Positions 1-7,223 of a stretch of DNA of 64,000 nt are shown here, in pieces (the first letter of the stretch is position 1; each line of letters opens with the position of its first letter). Source of the DNA: a virus. A program made the position numbers and the translations under genes. Under the pieces are notes generated by a model. That model ran no database searches. It was not told the DNA's origin and saw nothing but the letters and a program-made list of their open reading frames with translations. The stretch is taken from the IMG/VR virus record IMGVR_UViG_3300037475_000122, positions 1 through 64,000 of that record. One strand, given 5' to 3'.

Positions 1-330
1 AAGTCATTGGGGACGGTGAACGGATTGTGTTTCGCGGCCCTCGGTGACACCGTGCCCGAACGCAAGCCGCAATCAGCAGGCGGAGCACACACGGCCGCAG
101 AGTTGCACGCGTCGCTTATTGCCGCGCTCAATGGACCCGGAGCAAAGGCGAAGCCATCGGACGCGCTCATTGTGGAAGCATCGCAGGTTATCGACTCAGC
201 ACCCACAACCCCTAGTGGTCAGCAGGTTTCAGGCCACACAAGCAGTGGCACACAACCTGTTGTGGTGAGCACGAATCAGGCCACAAGTGAGCGAAAAGCT
301 CTCCCGCCCGTTCCGCTAGCGCAAAGTTGA
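1..330 (+). CDS. 5'-truncated ORF, possibly the C-terminal part of a terminase small subunit
   Basis: Frame is open from base 1 (KSLGTVNG...). Low-complexity C-terminus followed by a G-tract non-coding region. The TerS assignment is positional inference only. Confidence 0.35.
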   Translation, partial: KSLGTVNGLCFAALGDTVPERKPQSAGGAHTAAELHASLIAALNGPGAKAKPSDALIVEASQVIDSAPTTPSGQQVSGHTSSGTQPVVVSTNQATSERKALPPVPLAQS

Positions 331-637
331 GCAGGTGTAGCTTTTTGACCACATTGTTGGTCCTTATACAGCCTGTAGCCTTTCGACCATGCAGTCTGCA
401 AGCCTCAATGACTCGACGCCTCGCGGTCCTCATGTCTGAATCGCCCGAATTGAGAACAGGCCGGTCTCAGCGTCCCAAATTTGGACATCGACCGGGGGGC
501 TCTGGGGCCGGGGGAGGCCGCTCAGACATCCTCTCCGCGTGTAAAAAAACCGAATCGGAAGTCCGGTCCTACGTTTAAACGCATATACGGAGAATACCTT
601 ACTTACTTTTGAACGAAAGAGGCAACCTTGGTGTCCA

Positions 638-910
638 ATGACAACCATCCGCCTCACATGGCAACCTAACCCCGCGTCTGAACTCGTTACCTCCTATGAA
701 GTATGGGCGGCAAAGAGCGGCGCGGAATACCTGCAAATCGGCACCTCTGAACGCGAGAGCTTTGACTTTGTGAGCCCTGAACCGGCTCACTACAGTTTTG
801 CTCTCAAGGCCGCGAACTTCGCAGGCGTCAGCGGACTCGGCGAGGGGACATGCAGTCCCAACGTCCCGACCCCGCCTGCCGCACCGAAGATTGAATACGT
901 GCAGAGCTAA
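638..910 (+). CDS. Small fibronectin type III-like domain protein
   Basis: IRLTWQPN...VTSYEVW...YSFALKAANFAGVS matches the FN3 pattern (W, Y, Y-x-F-x-x-x-A-x-N-x-x-G-x-S). Confidence 0.7.
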   Translation: MTTIRLTWQPNPASELVTSYEVWAAKSGAEYLQIGTSERESFDFVSPEPAHYSFALKAANFAGVSGLGEGTCSPNVPTPPAAPKIEYVQS

Positions 911-942
911 GCATCACGGCCCGGGACCGAGGATTTTACCCC

Positions 943-970
943 TTGACCCCGGGCCTTTTTCTACAACCTT
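943..970 (+). promoter_or_regulatory. Putative phage late promoter TTGAC-N17-AACCTT, leaderless
   Basis: TTGAC 943-947, AACCTT 965-970, ATG at 976. Confidence 0.7.
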
Positions 971-975
971 ACCGC

Positions 976-1272
976 ATGGCTTTTCGCGAACTCCGGTCCC
1001 GTCAGGCGGATTCTGACAACGACTCACTCCGCAAAATCGTTGACTCTCTCGCGATTGCTCTCGGGCAACGCGGCCATGACCGCTACAGCGGCGCGACCGC
1101 TGCGACTGCCGGGGAATGGGCCATCCTCCACGCCATCGCCGCGTCAGTGGTCACAGTGATTCGCGACGGCACAAGCGAAGCCATCTCCCTCGGTGCGGGT
1201 GACCGCATTTACGGGCAGATTACGAGCGTGACCGTCACGTCCGGCGATGTCGAATTGTATCGGGTCAACTGA
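976..1272 (+). CDS. Hypothetical virion-associated protein
   Basis: ATG 5 nt after the AACCTT box; beta-rich C-terminus; stop overlaps the next start (TGATG). Confidence 0.7.
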   Translation: MAFRELRSRQADSDNDSLRKIVDSLAIALGQRGHDRYSGATAATAGEWAILHAIAASVVTVIRDGTSEAISLGAGDRIYGQITSVTVTSGDVELYRVN

Positions 1273-1415
1273 TGCAACTTCAGCTTCAAACTTTGATTAC
1301 AGTGCCCAGCGCCACGACTGGCGGGGTCGTTCCTCCACTCCCAACGAACAACCTGCTCACCGAGGGCAGTGACAATTTTGTAACGGAGGGCGGAGACAAT
1401 TTCGTAACGGAATAA
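1272..1415 (+). CDS. 47-aa protein with LLTEGSDNFVTEGGDNFVTE motif, putative tail-fibre adaptor peptide (not in ORF track)
   Basis: Translated by hand; coupled to the upstream stop; lies directly before a fibre gene. Confidence 0.6.
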   Translation: MQLQLQTLITVPSATTGGVVPPLPTNNLLTEGSDNFVTEGGDNFVTE

Positions 1416-1419
1416 CGCT

Positions 1420-3009
1420 ATGGCCGACGTCAAATTTTCAGGTCTCCCCGTCGCGGCTTCTCTCGCTGCGGCTGATTTGCTTGCCATCGCGCAGGGCGGG
1501 ACGAGCAAGTCCATCACGGGCACGGTCCTCTTGACGTTCGTCGGCACCACGTATTTTCCAAAGGCGGGCGGTGACATCGCGGGGAACACGACCATCGCGA
1601 CGAACAAGATTCTCCTGAACGCAGACGGGACGGCAGTCTTCACCGGCTTCGTCACGATGCCGTTCCTCCTGAATAATTTTCCGGATGCAGGCACCAACAC
1701 CGCCCCGTCCGTTGCGGAATTTTCTCACTCGCTCACGGCTGGCACCGCTGCGGCTAACTTCGGCGCGAGCATCGACTTGACGGCTGACTCCACGACGACT
1801 ACACGCCAAAACGTCGCGCGACTCACTGCCCGATGGACAGACGCCACCCATGCGACACGCACCGGCCAAATCCGTTTGTTCGCTGCGGTCTCCGGCACAC
1901 TGACCGAACTGTTGCGGCTGGACGCCACGAGCGTTTTGATTCCCGCCGGTTCACTCCTCTTCACCGACAACACGTTTGACATCGGTGCCACGGGTGCGAC
2001 CCGTCCCCGGACGATTTACGTCGGCACCTCGGCCATCATCCAGAAAGGTGGGATTGGCACCACGCAGACGGACGCGCTGCAACTCATCAACTCGACTGCG
2101 GCCATCAACGGCACCCAGCAATTCTCGACGGCGCTTCGATTGACGGGTCAGGGCTTCGGCACTACGGCTGGCACGAGTCAGGCAACCGACTGGCGCATCT
2201 ATGTCGTGCCGGTTCAGGGGACCACTGCGACGAGCGTCCTGCAATTTGATTCGAGCCTGAACGGCGCTGCGTTTGCGACGAAGGTTACCATCACGAGCAA
2301 CGGCGTTCTCACGGCGGTGGGACTTGTGTCCACGGGCAACGTCACGGCGGCTGCGGCGTCCGCGTTTATTTTTTCCGGCAGCACGAACATCAAGGCCCCG
2401 AGCGACGGCGTTTTGGAATTGCTCGATACGGCCGGTTCGAGTTTCAACCGATTGCAGTTCGGTGGGACCACGTCAAGCTTCCCGGCGATTCAGCGGTCCT
2501 CGGCCGGATTGATTTGTCGGTTGGCCGACGACAGCGCGGACACCACGATTCGCGCCACGGCGTTCAACATCGGTGCTAATCCGCTGAACCTCGCGCTCTC
2601 CGTTTACGCGGCCGGGACCGTTTACACGTTGACGGCCACGAACGCGAAAATTGATTTCGGCACGACTGACCCGAGCCTGACCATCACGGCCCCGGGGACC
2701 TACGCGTTGCACGGCTTCGCCAAGGTGCAGGTCAACGGCGCGACATTCGCCGCGAACCAAACGGTCACGGTGCTCATTCGCCGGACGAACAACACGCCCG
2801 CGAACATCACGAACTCCGGCACGACTTGGTTCCTGCCCACCATGACGACTCTGACTCAGACCATCGCGCTGATTCAGATGAAGGAAATTTTTTACACCAC
2901 GGCGAACAGCGACGACGTCCTCGAACTTTGGGCGGACGTCAGCGCGTTGCCCAGCGCGGGCACGGTCACCATCGAAGCCGCATCGCTCACCGTCATTCGC
3001 GTCGCATAA
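1420..3009 (+). CDS. Tail fibre / receptor-binding protein
   Basis: 529 aa, rich in Thr/Ala/Gly with beta-strand character; N-terminal MADVKFSGLP..LAIAQGGTSKSIT attachment-type motif; C-terminal beta-sandwich. Confidence 0.75.
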   Translation: MADVKFSGLPVAASLAAADLLAIAQGGTSKSITGTVLLTFVGTTYFPKAGGDIAGNTTIATNKILLNADGTAVFTGFVTMPFLLNNFPDAGTNTAPSVAEFSHSLTAGTAAANFGASIDLTADSTTTTRQNVARLTARWTDATHATRTGQIRLFAAVSGTLTELLRLDATSVLIPAGSLLFTDNTFDIGATGATRPRTIYVGTSAIIQKGGIGTTQTDALQLINSTAAINGTQQFSTALRLTGQGFGTTAGTSQATDWRIYVVPVQGTTATSVLQFDSSLNGAAFATKVTITSNGVLTAVGLVSTGNVTAAAASAFIFSGSTNIKAPSDGVLELLDTAGSSFNRLQFGGTTSSFPAIQRSSAGLICRLADDSADTTIRATAFNIGANPLNLALSVYAAGTVYTLTATNAKIDFGTTDPSLTITAPGTYALHGFAKVQVNGATFAANQTVTVLIRRTNNTPANITNSGTTWFLPTMTTLTQTIALIQMKEIFYTTANSDDVLELWADVSALPSAGTVTIEAASLTVIRVA

Positions 3010-3015
3010 TTTTTC

Positions 3016-3294
3016 ATGAAAATCACGAACGACCAAATCACTTTTGACGAGAGCGACTTCGACGGCCTGTCGGATTTCGCCCGCAAAGCAATTGAGCAGC
3101 GCATCGGCACGGTTGCGGATTTCGCGCGGGAGACGGGGACCATTCTGTCTCGAAGTCTCGACGCCGACAAGGCTCGATTGCGAAGCAACATCGCGGCTTC
3201 ACCTGAGGTTCAGAATCTCGTGGAGAAGCTTGCGCTCACCGACGACACTTCCCGGGCGGACGCCATTGCAGCGGCCGTCGAACGAGTCCAGTAA
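3016..3294 (+). CDS. Hypothetical protein (possible fibre chaperone)
   Basis: Follows the fibre gene; codon usage consistent with neighbours. Confidence 0.6.
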   Translation: MKITNDQITFDESDFDGLSDFARKAIEQRIGTVADFARETGTILSRSLDADKARLRSNIAASPEVQNLVEKLALTDDTSRADAIAAAVERVQ

Positions 3295-3309
3295 AAACCA
3301 ACCCAACCC

Positions 3310-3591
3310 ATGAGCCAACCCACGACCAACCCCATCGCAGCGCAGAAGCATTACTCCGTCATCCTCTCGCACGACGAACGCGGCATCCTCTTCGGATTCA
3401 TCGAAGCCGGGATGAAAGCCGAAGTCGCCCGCTGCGGCCTCTCGACGGATTCGAGCCTCACGGTTCAGAACGCCGTTTACCTCGCGAAGAAACTCTCCGA
3501 GGCCCACGAGGTCCAGCAAATTCCCGTCGCTGCTCCGGCCCCGGTTGCCTGCCCGCAGAGCGACGACGTCACGGACGTCGTCAAGCCGTGA
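3310..3591 (+). CDS. Hypothetical protein
   Basis: A/C-rich leader AAAACCAACCCAACCC before the ATG. Confidence 0.6.
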   Translation: MSQPTTNPIAAQKHYSVILSHDERGILFGFIEAGMKAEVARCGLSTDSSLTVQNAVYLAKKLSEAHEVQQIPVAAPAPVACPQSDDVTDVVKP

Positions 3592-3592
3592 C

Positions 3593-3621
3593 TTGACAAA
3601 CCCGGCAGCAGGTGCTACCGT
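3593..3621 (+). promoter_or_regulatory. Host sigma70-type promoter, leaderless
   Basis: TTGACA-N17-TACCGT with extended TG, ATG 5 nt downstream at 3627. Confidence 0.65.
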
Positions 3622-3626
3622 GGTTC

Positions 3627-3749
3627 ATGATTGAGAAACTTGTTGACGGCATCATCGCCCTCGGGGTCGTCGCCATCTCGGTGGGACTTCTCTGCGGCAT
3701 CGCGGTCGGCGTGGCACTTTGCTACGCGCTCATCCGCCTTCTCGTATGA
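3627..3749 (+). CDS. 40-aa membrane microprotein (not in ORF track)
   Basis: MIEKLVDGIIALGVVAISVGLLCGIAVGVALCYALIRLLV; ATGA overlap with the next ORF. Confidence 0.6.
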   Translation: MIEKLVDGIIALGVVAISVGLLCGIAVGVALCYALIRLLV

Positions 3750-3814
3750 GGCTCGTGAACATCCTCATCATACTCCTCCTCATCCTGTTGTTTAACCGCA
3801 TGGGAAAGAAATGA
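3746..3814 (+). CDS. 22-aa single-pass membrane micropeptide (not in ORF track)
   Basis: MRLVNILIILLLILLFNRMGKK; ATGA overlaps at both ends. Confidence 0.55.
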   Translation: MRLVNILIILLLILLFNRMGKK

Positions 3815-4023
3815 CGAAACATGACTCGAAACTGCACCCGGGGGAGTATTTCCTCGAACGTCGAGAAAAGCCCGACGGTCAGTGGGAACTCTCTTCACGC
3901 GACAACGACCTTGACGTTATGCGGATTCGGTTCGCCTATTGGAAGGACCACTGCAAGCCGGGGCAGGGAGTCCGCCTTCTCGCGCCTGACTGTTCCATTG
4001 TCGAGGATTTTGCCCATGCTTGA
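3811..4023 (+). CDS. Hypothetical protein
   Basis: Translationally coupled within the operon. Confidence 0.6.
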   Translation: MTKHDSKLHPGEYFLERREKPDGQWELSSRDNDLDVMRIRFAYWKDHCKPGQGVRLLAPDCSIVEDFAHA

Positions 4024-4096
4024 AATCATCCTCATCACAGTGACCGTTACAATCGCGCTCCTGATGTTTGCTTACCTCTACGCGATTCGCTCGTGA
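4016..4096 (+). CDS. 26-aa single-pass membrane micropeptide
   Basis: MLEIILITVTVTIALLMFAYLYAIRS; overlaps both neighbours. Confidence 0.5.
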   Translation: MLEIILITVTVTIALLMFAYLYAIRS

Positions 4097-4377
4097 CTGT
4101 CACGCTTTCATATCTCAGCCGGATACTCGCCGCGCTTCCGTTGCCCAAGGCCATTGGAGAGAAGCGGGTGTTCGCGCTCACCGAGCCGCCAGTGCTGAAG
4201 CCCGGGCAGTCGCTCGAATTCGAGCCGTCGTCATTGAGTCTCGACGTAATGGTCGAAGCCGAGTGGGTCACCGACGAGAACTCCCACAACACTTTTTGTT
4301 TTTGGGTCATCGTCCCCCACAAGGAACTGAAGATTGCATTTGACTTCTGCGGCCATGGAGTGTATCGTCGGTCATGA
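4093..4377 (+). CDS. Hypothetical protein
   Basis: GTGA and ATGA coupling with neighbours. Confidence 0.55.
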   Translation: MTVTLSYLSRILAALPLPKAIGEKRVFALTEPPVLKPGQSLEFEPSSLSLDVMVEAEWVTDENSHNTFCFWVIVPHKELKIAFDFCGHGVYRRS

Positions 4378-5060
4378 ACATTCCCCGCGAAGTTTACGGT
4401 TACGTCCGAGTCAGTGGAAAAGCCCAACTCGACGGCGACGGATTCCCCCGGCAGAAGGAGGCCATTCTCGCTTTTTGTCAGTCGCGCGGCTGGCTGTGCA
4501 AACGGATTTTCGAGGAGCGCGCGGTGCCCGGCAAGACCGAGATGGAAGACCGGACGGCGTTCATGGAGATGCTTGCGCTGTGCGGCGGAGTGCTCCCGCA
4601 GACGATTGTTGTCGAGCGCGCCGACCGCGTCGCCCGTGACCTCATCGTCGGAGAAATGCTTTACCGGGAGTGCGCCGAGGCGGAGGTCGAAATCTATGCG
4701 GCCGACTCCGGGCACGAGATGGTCTTGGCCGACGTGGACCCGACGCGCAAGCTGATTCGACAAGTCCTCGGGGCGATGGCGGAGTGGAGCAAAAACGAAA
4801 TCGTCATCAAGACCCGCAAGGCCCGCGAACGCATCCGCGCGCAGACCGGCCGGTGCGAGGGTGCGAAACCTTTTTCCATGACCAACCCGAAGGAGTTCGC
4901 GGCGGTCCTTGACTGGATTCGCGTTTCCCGGGACCGGGGTGATTCGTTCCACGTCATCGCCCGGCAACTGAACACTATGAAATTTCAATCCCCCAAGGGC
5001 TGCAAGTGGGGGCCGTCCTACGTTTACAAGCTCTACACCAACCACCTGAAAAACAAATGA
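4374..5060 (+). CDS. Serine recombinase (resolvase/invertase family)
   Basis: YGYVRVS..Q catalytic motif; IVVERADRVARD; C-terminal IARQLN..G.KW recombinase-type DNA-binding segment. Confidence 0.9.
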   Translation: MNIPREVYGYVRVSGKAQLDGDGFPRQKEAILAFCQSRGWLCKRIFEERAVPGKTEMEDRTAFMEMLALCGGVLPQTIVVERADRVARDLIVGEMLYRECAEAEVEIYAADSGHEMVLADVDPTRKLIRQVLGAMAEWSKNEIVIKTRKARERIRAQTGRCEGAKPFSMTNPKEFAAVLDWIRVSRDRGDSFHVIARQLNTMKFQSPKGCKWGPSYVYKLYTNHLKNK

Positions 5061-5254
5061 AAGACCTCAAAGAAATCCTCGAAGACAACAAGATTCCCGC
5101 CGTCGAACGACTTCAGTCTCGTGCGCGGGCGATGAACGCGAAGAAGGTCCCCCCGACGTGTAAACGCTGCAACGGCAAGCGCCGCGTCATCCGCAAGGCC
5201 AGCCTGTTCCCCCGGGTCCCGGAGGTCGCAATCAAATGCGACGGCTGCGCTTGA
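5057..5254 (+). CDS. Small zinc-ribbon protein
   Basis: CKRC...CDGC; ATGA overlap with the recombinase stop. Confidence 0.6.
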   Translation: MKDLKEILEDNKIPAVERLQSRARAMNAKKVPPTCKRCNGKRRVIRKASLFPRVPEVAIKCDGCA

Positions 5255-5279
5255 CAAACCCTGCAAGGCGTGCAACCTT
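5251..5279 (+). promoter_or_regulatory. Putative late promoter driving the tRNA/ncRNA array
   Basis: TTGAC-N18-AACCTT; the -35 box contains the upstream TGA stop. Confidence 0.7.
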
Positions 5280-5469
5280 GTAGAGTAGTCAGACAACCCC
5301 GAAGCGACTAGACATGAACAACAAAAGCGCCAGCGGCATATCACGGAAGGAGGGTAATCCCATGAGGAACTAACCCCCGCCCCGATTGACGAACTTACTA
5401 TGAATTCTTAATCAGGAACTCAACGACGAGAAGCCTGTAGAAAGGAAGAGGGCATGAAGTCCTCCGTGC

Positions 5470-5544
5470 TGCGGGATAGAAAAGTGGTAATTTAGCGGCC
5501 TCATAAGCCGTCACGCGCAGGTTCGATTCCTGCTCCCGCAACCA
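5470..5544 (+). tRNA. tRNA-Met(CAT)
   Basis: TGCGGGA/TCCCGCA acceptor stem, GCGGC-CT CAT AA-GCCGT anticodon arm, GCAGG-TTCGATT-CCTGC T arm, encoded ACCA end. Confidence 0.9.
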
Positions 5545-5550
5545 ATTTTT

Positions 5551-5695
5551 TGGCGACGACTGAACGTAATGCCCCGATAGCTGAAACGCTAGGGGAGAGA
5601 CAACGCAAGATTTGGAAGTCGCCGAGCGGTAACGCCGGGTATGATTCCGCCCCGGCCCCGAGATACACGGGTGATTGTGTTCAATCGTTGTCTCA
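5551..5695 (+). ncRNA. Putative structured ncRNA with alternative or pseudoknotted pairings
   Basis: GGCGAC/GTCGCC, TGAACGTAAT/ATTGTGTTCA, GAGACAACG/CGTTGTCTC, a GCG-GTAA-CGC tetraloop and several hairpins; bounded by T tracts. Confidence 0.55.
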
Positions 5696-5708
5696 TTTTT
5701 GAATCAAT

Positions 5709-5778
5709 GCCGAAGGTCGGGGAGCATAGCCCCGGAGACCGCGTCAACGGTTTCTAGTGTAACAGTAGCACTGTCGGC
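5709..5778 (+). ncRNA. Circularly permuted tRNA-like element (YrlA/Y-RNA-like topology)
   Basis: GCCGA-AGGT-[CGGGG AGCATAG CCCCG]-[GAGACCG cgtcaa CGGTTTC]-TA-[GTGT AACAGTA GCAC]-TG-TCGGC. Confidence 0.65.
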
Positions 5779-5784
5779 GACTTT

Positions 5785-5862
5785 GGCCTTATCGTCTAGC
5801 GGTTAGGACATCGGCTCGCTATAGCCGAAAACCTTGGGTTCAAATCCCTTGTTAGGCCACCA
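5785..5862 (+). tRNA. Aberrant tRNA-like gene (Glu-like body, 8-nt anticodon loop)
   Basis: GGCCTTA/TTAGGCC plus ACCA; D arm GTCT AGCGGTTA GGAC; TCGGC-TCGCTATA-GCCGA; mismatched T stem around TTCAAAT. Confidence 0.65.
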
Positions 5863-5863
5863 A

Positions 5864-6054
5864 CTGTGCCCCGAGCGCGGGCCAATGACTGTGATGGGCG
5901 CGGATAAGACGGCGTCGTGCCGAATAAAACGCAGAAGTTGCAGAGCGCAAAGTCCGGCGACGGCTGGACGGTCCCTTGGCGACGGTTGAGGGATTAGACA
6001 CGGGGGAACGACCCCCACAACAGGCCGAACCTTACTAACACTGAGGCTCCGGCC
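5864..6054 (+). ncRNA. Putative multi-hairpin ncRNA
   Basis: Consecutive hairpins including GTCCGGC-GACG-GCTGGAC, TCCCTTGGC-GACG-GTTGAGGGA and GGCCG...CGGCC; no credible ORF. Confidence 0.45.
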
Positions 6055-6056
6055 AG

Positions 6057-6127
6057 AGAATCGTAGCTCAACGGTAGAGCAGCGGCCTTTTAAGCTGTTG
6101 ACGCGGGTTCGACTCCCGCCGATTCTC
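6057..6127 (+). tRNA. tRNA-Lys(TTT), CCA not encoded
   Basis: AGAATCG/CGATTCT acceptor stem, GCTC AACGGTA GAGC D arm, GCGGC-CT TTT AA-GCTGT anticodon arm, GCGGG TTCGACT CCCGC T arm. Confidence 0.88.
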
Positions 6128-6141
6128 GACTTTTAATTTTG

Positions 6142-6984
6142 ATGAAGACCGGGCTCTTGTGGAACACCTACGGCGGCGACCTTGAGTGGTTCCGCCACTC
6201 CGCGCGCAGTTACAAAAAATACGCTCGCGGATGGACCTTTGCGAAGTGCATCGTGCCCTCTTCCGCTTACGCCGATTTTCGTCAGCCGTGTGAGGAGAAC
6301 GGGATTTTCCTCGCGTCGTTTGATGAGTGGCCCGGCAAGGGTTTTAATCACCATCAGGCGATGCAATGTTGCGGGGATTTGCACTTCCCCGAGGCCGACG
6401 TGATTTTCCACGTTGACGCCGACTGCGTCTTTGCCAGCGAATGCACGCCGGACGATTGGCTCCCCGGCGGCAAGGTCCTCCTCCCCTTCACCGATTTCGT
6501 CCGCTTCCTCGACCGTCCGCTCGTCCCCGACGAGGAGAAGAACTTCATGGGATTCACCGGCCGGGCCATCGACTTCAATCGCGGGCAATACTTCTGGAAA
6601 TTCGCGAGCGACACGGCCCTCGGGTTCTCAGTCGAGCGCGAGACGATGGCGTGGATGCCCATCGCGCACGTCCGCGAAGTCTATGCGAAGACCCGCGAAA
6701 TCGTCGCCGCGCGCTTCGGAATTTCGTTCGAGGACTACGTGAAGTCGTGCCGCAATGAGTGGCCGCAGTCCTTCTGCGAGTTCAACACCCTCGGCGGCGT
6801 CGCCCACAAGTTTTTCGAGAACCGATACCACTGGCAGGACGTGACCGTTCAGGGCCATGCGTTCGCGGGCAAGGTCGTCCAGTGTTGGAGTCACGGCGGG
6901 TTTGACCTCCCGCACAATTTTGCGAAAGAGGTCGGCGGACATCAAACGCCGCGTCAGCTTTTTGAACGACTTGGAATTTTATGA
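6142..6984 (+). CDS. Putative GT-A fold glycosyltransferase (DUF6492-like)
   Basis: IFHVDADCVF DxD motif; FCEFNTLG motif. Confidence 0.65.
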   Translation: MKTGLLWNTYGGDLEWFRHSARSYKKYARGWTFAKCIVPSSAYADFRQPCEENGIFLASFDEWPGKGFNHHQAMQCCGDLHFPEADVIFHVDADCVFASECTPDDWLPGGKVLLPFTDFVRFLDRPLVPDEEKNFMGFTGRAIDFNRGQYFWKFASDTALGFSVERETMAWMPIAHVREVYAKTREIVAARFGISFEDYVKSCRNEWPQSFCEFNTLGGVAHKFFENRYHWQDVTVQGHAFAGKVVQCWSHGGFDLPHNFAKEVGGHQTPRQLFERLGIL

Positions 6985-7223
6985 CCGAAGGCGTCGCGTG
7001 GAGTAAAATCAATTGTCCCGGCTGCGGTCTGCCGCTTCGGCAGGTCACGAAGAACTCGCAGACGACCGCGCGGTGCGCGAACACGAACTGCCCCGGCGAC
7101 CCGGCTCCGACGCCGGACTCCCCCAACCCTCCGCCGTGGCCGACCTTGGCCGGTCGATTGGCAAACCCAATCCGGACGGACGCGGAAGCGCGTGCCCAAC
7201 TCAAAGAGTTTGGATTTTCGTAA
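6981..7223 (+). CDS. Small zinc-ribbon protein
   Basis: CPGC...CANTNC; coupled to both neighbours. Confidence 0.6.
   Translation: MTEGVAWSKINCPGCGLPLRQVTKNSQTTARCANTNCPGDPAPTPDSPNPPPWPTLAGRLANPIRTDAEARAQLKEFGFS

Noticed and set aside
1420-5060. Invertase-driven tail-fibre shufflon
   Set aside because: No inverted repeats or reverse-oriented alternative fibre tips seen near the recombinase.
5545-5700. Theta/HDV-like ribozyme or tmRNA downstream of tRNA-Met
   Set aside because: I could not fit the HDV P1/P3/L3 consensus or a G3:U70 tmRNA acceptor with a tag ORF; kept as an unassigned ncRNA.
5785-5862. Amber suppressor tRNA implying TAG recoding
   Set aside because: Genes are intact under code 11, TAG serves as a real stop (49637-49639), and the anticodon loop is non-canonical.
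7013-7222. Longer ORF-track starts for TerL (7013), the 17779 fibre and sigma (42979)
   Set aside because: The extensions overlap real upstream genes; coupled or adjacent ATGs at 7223, 17860 and 42574 fit better.
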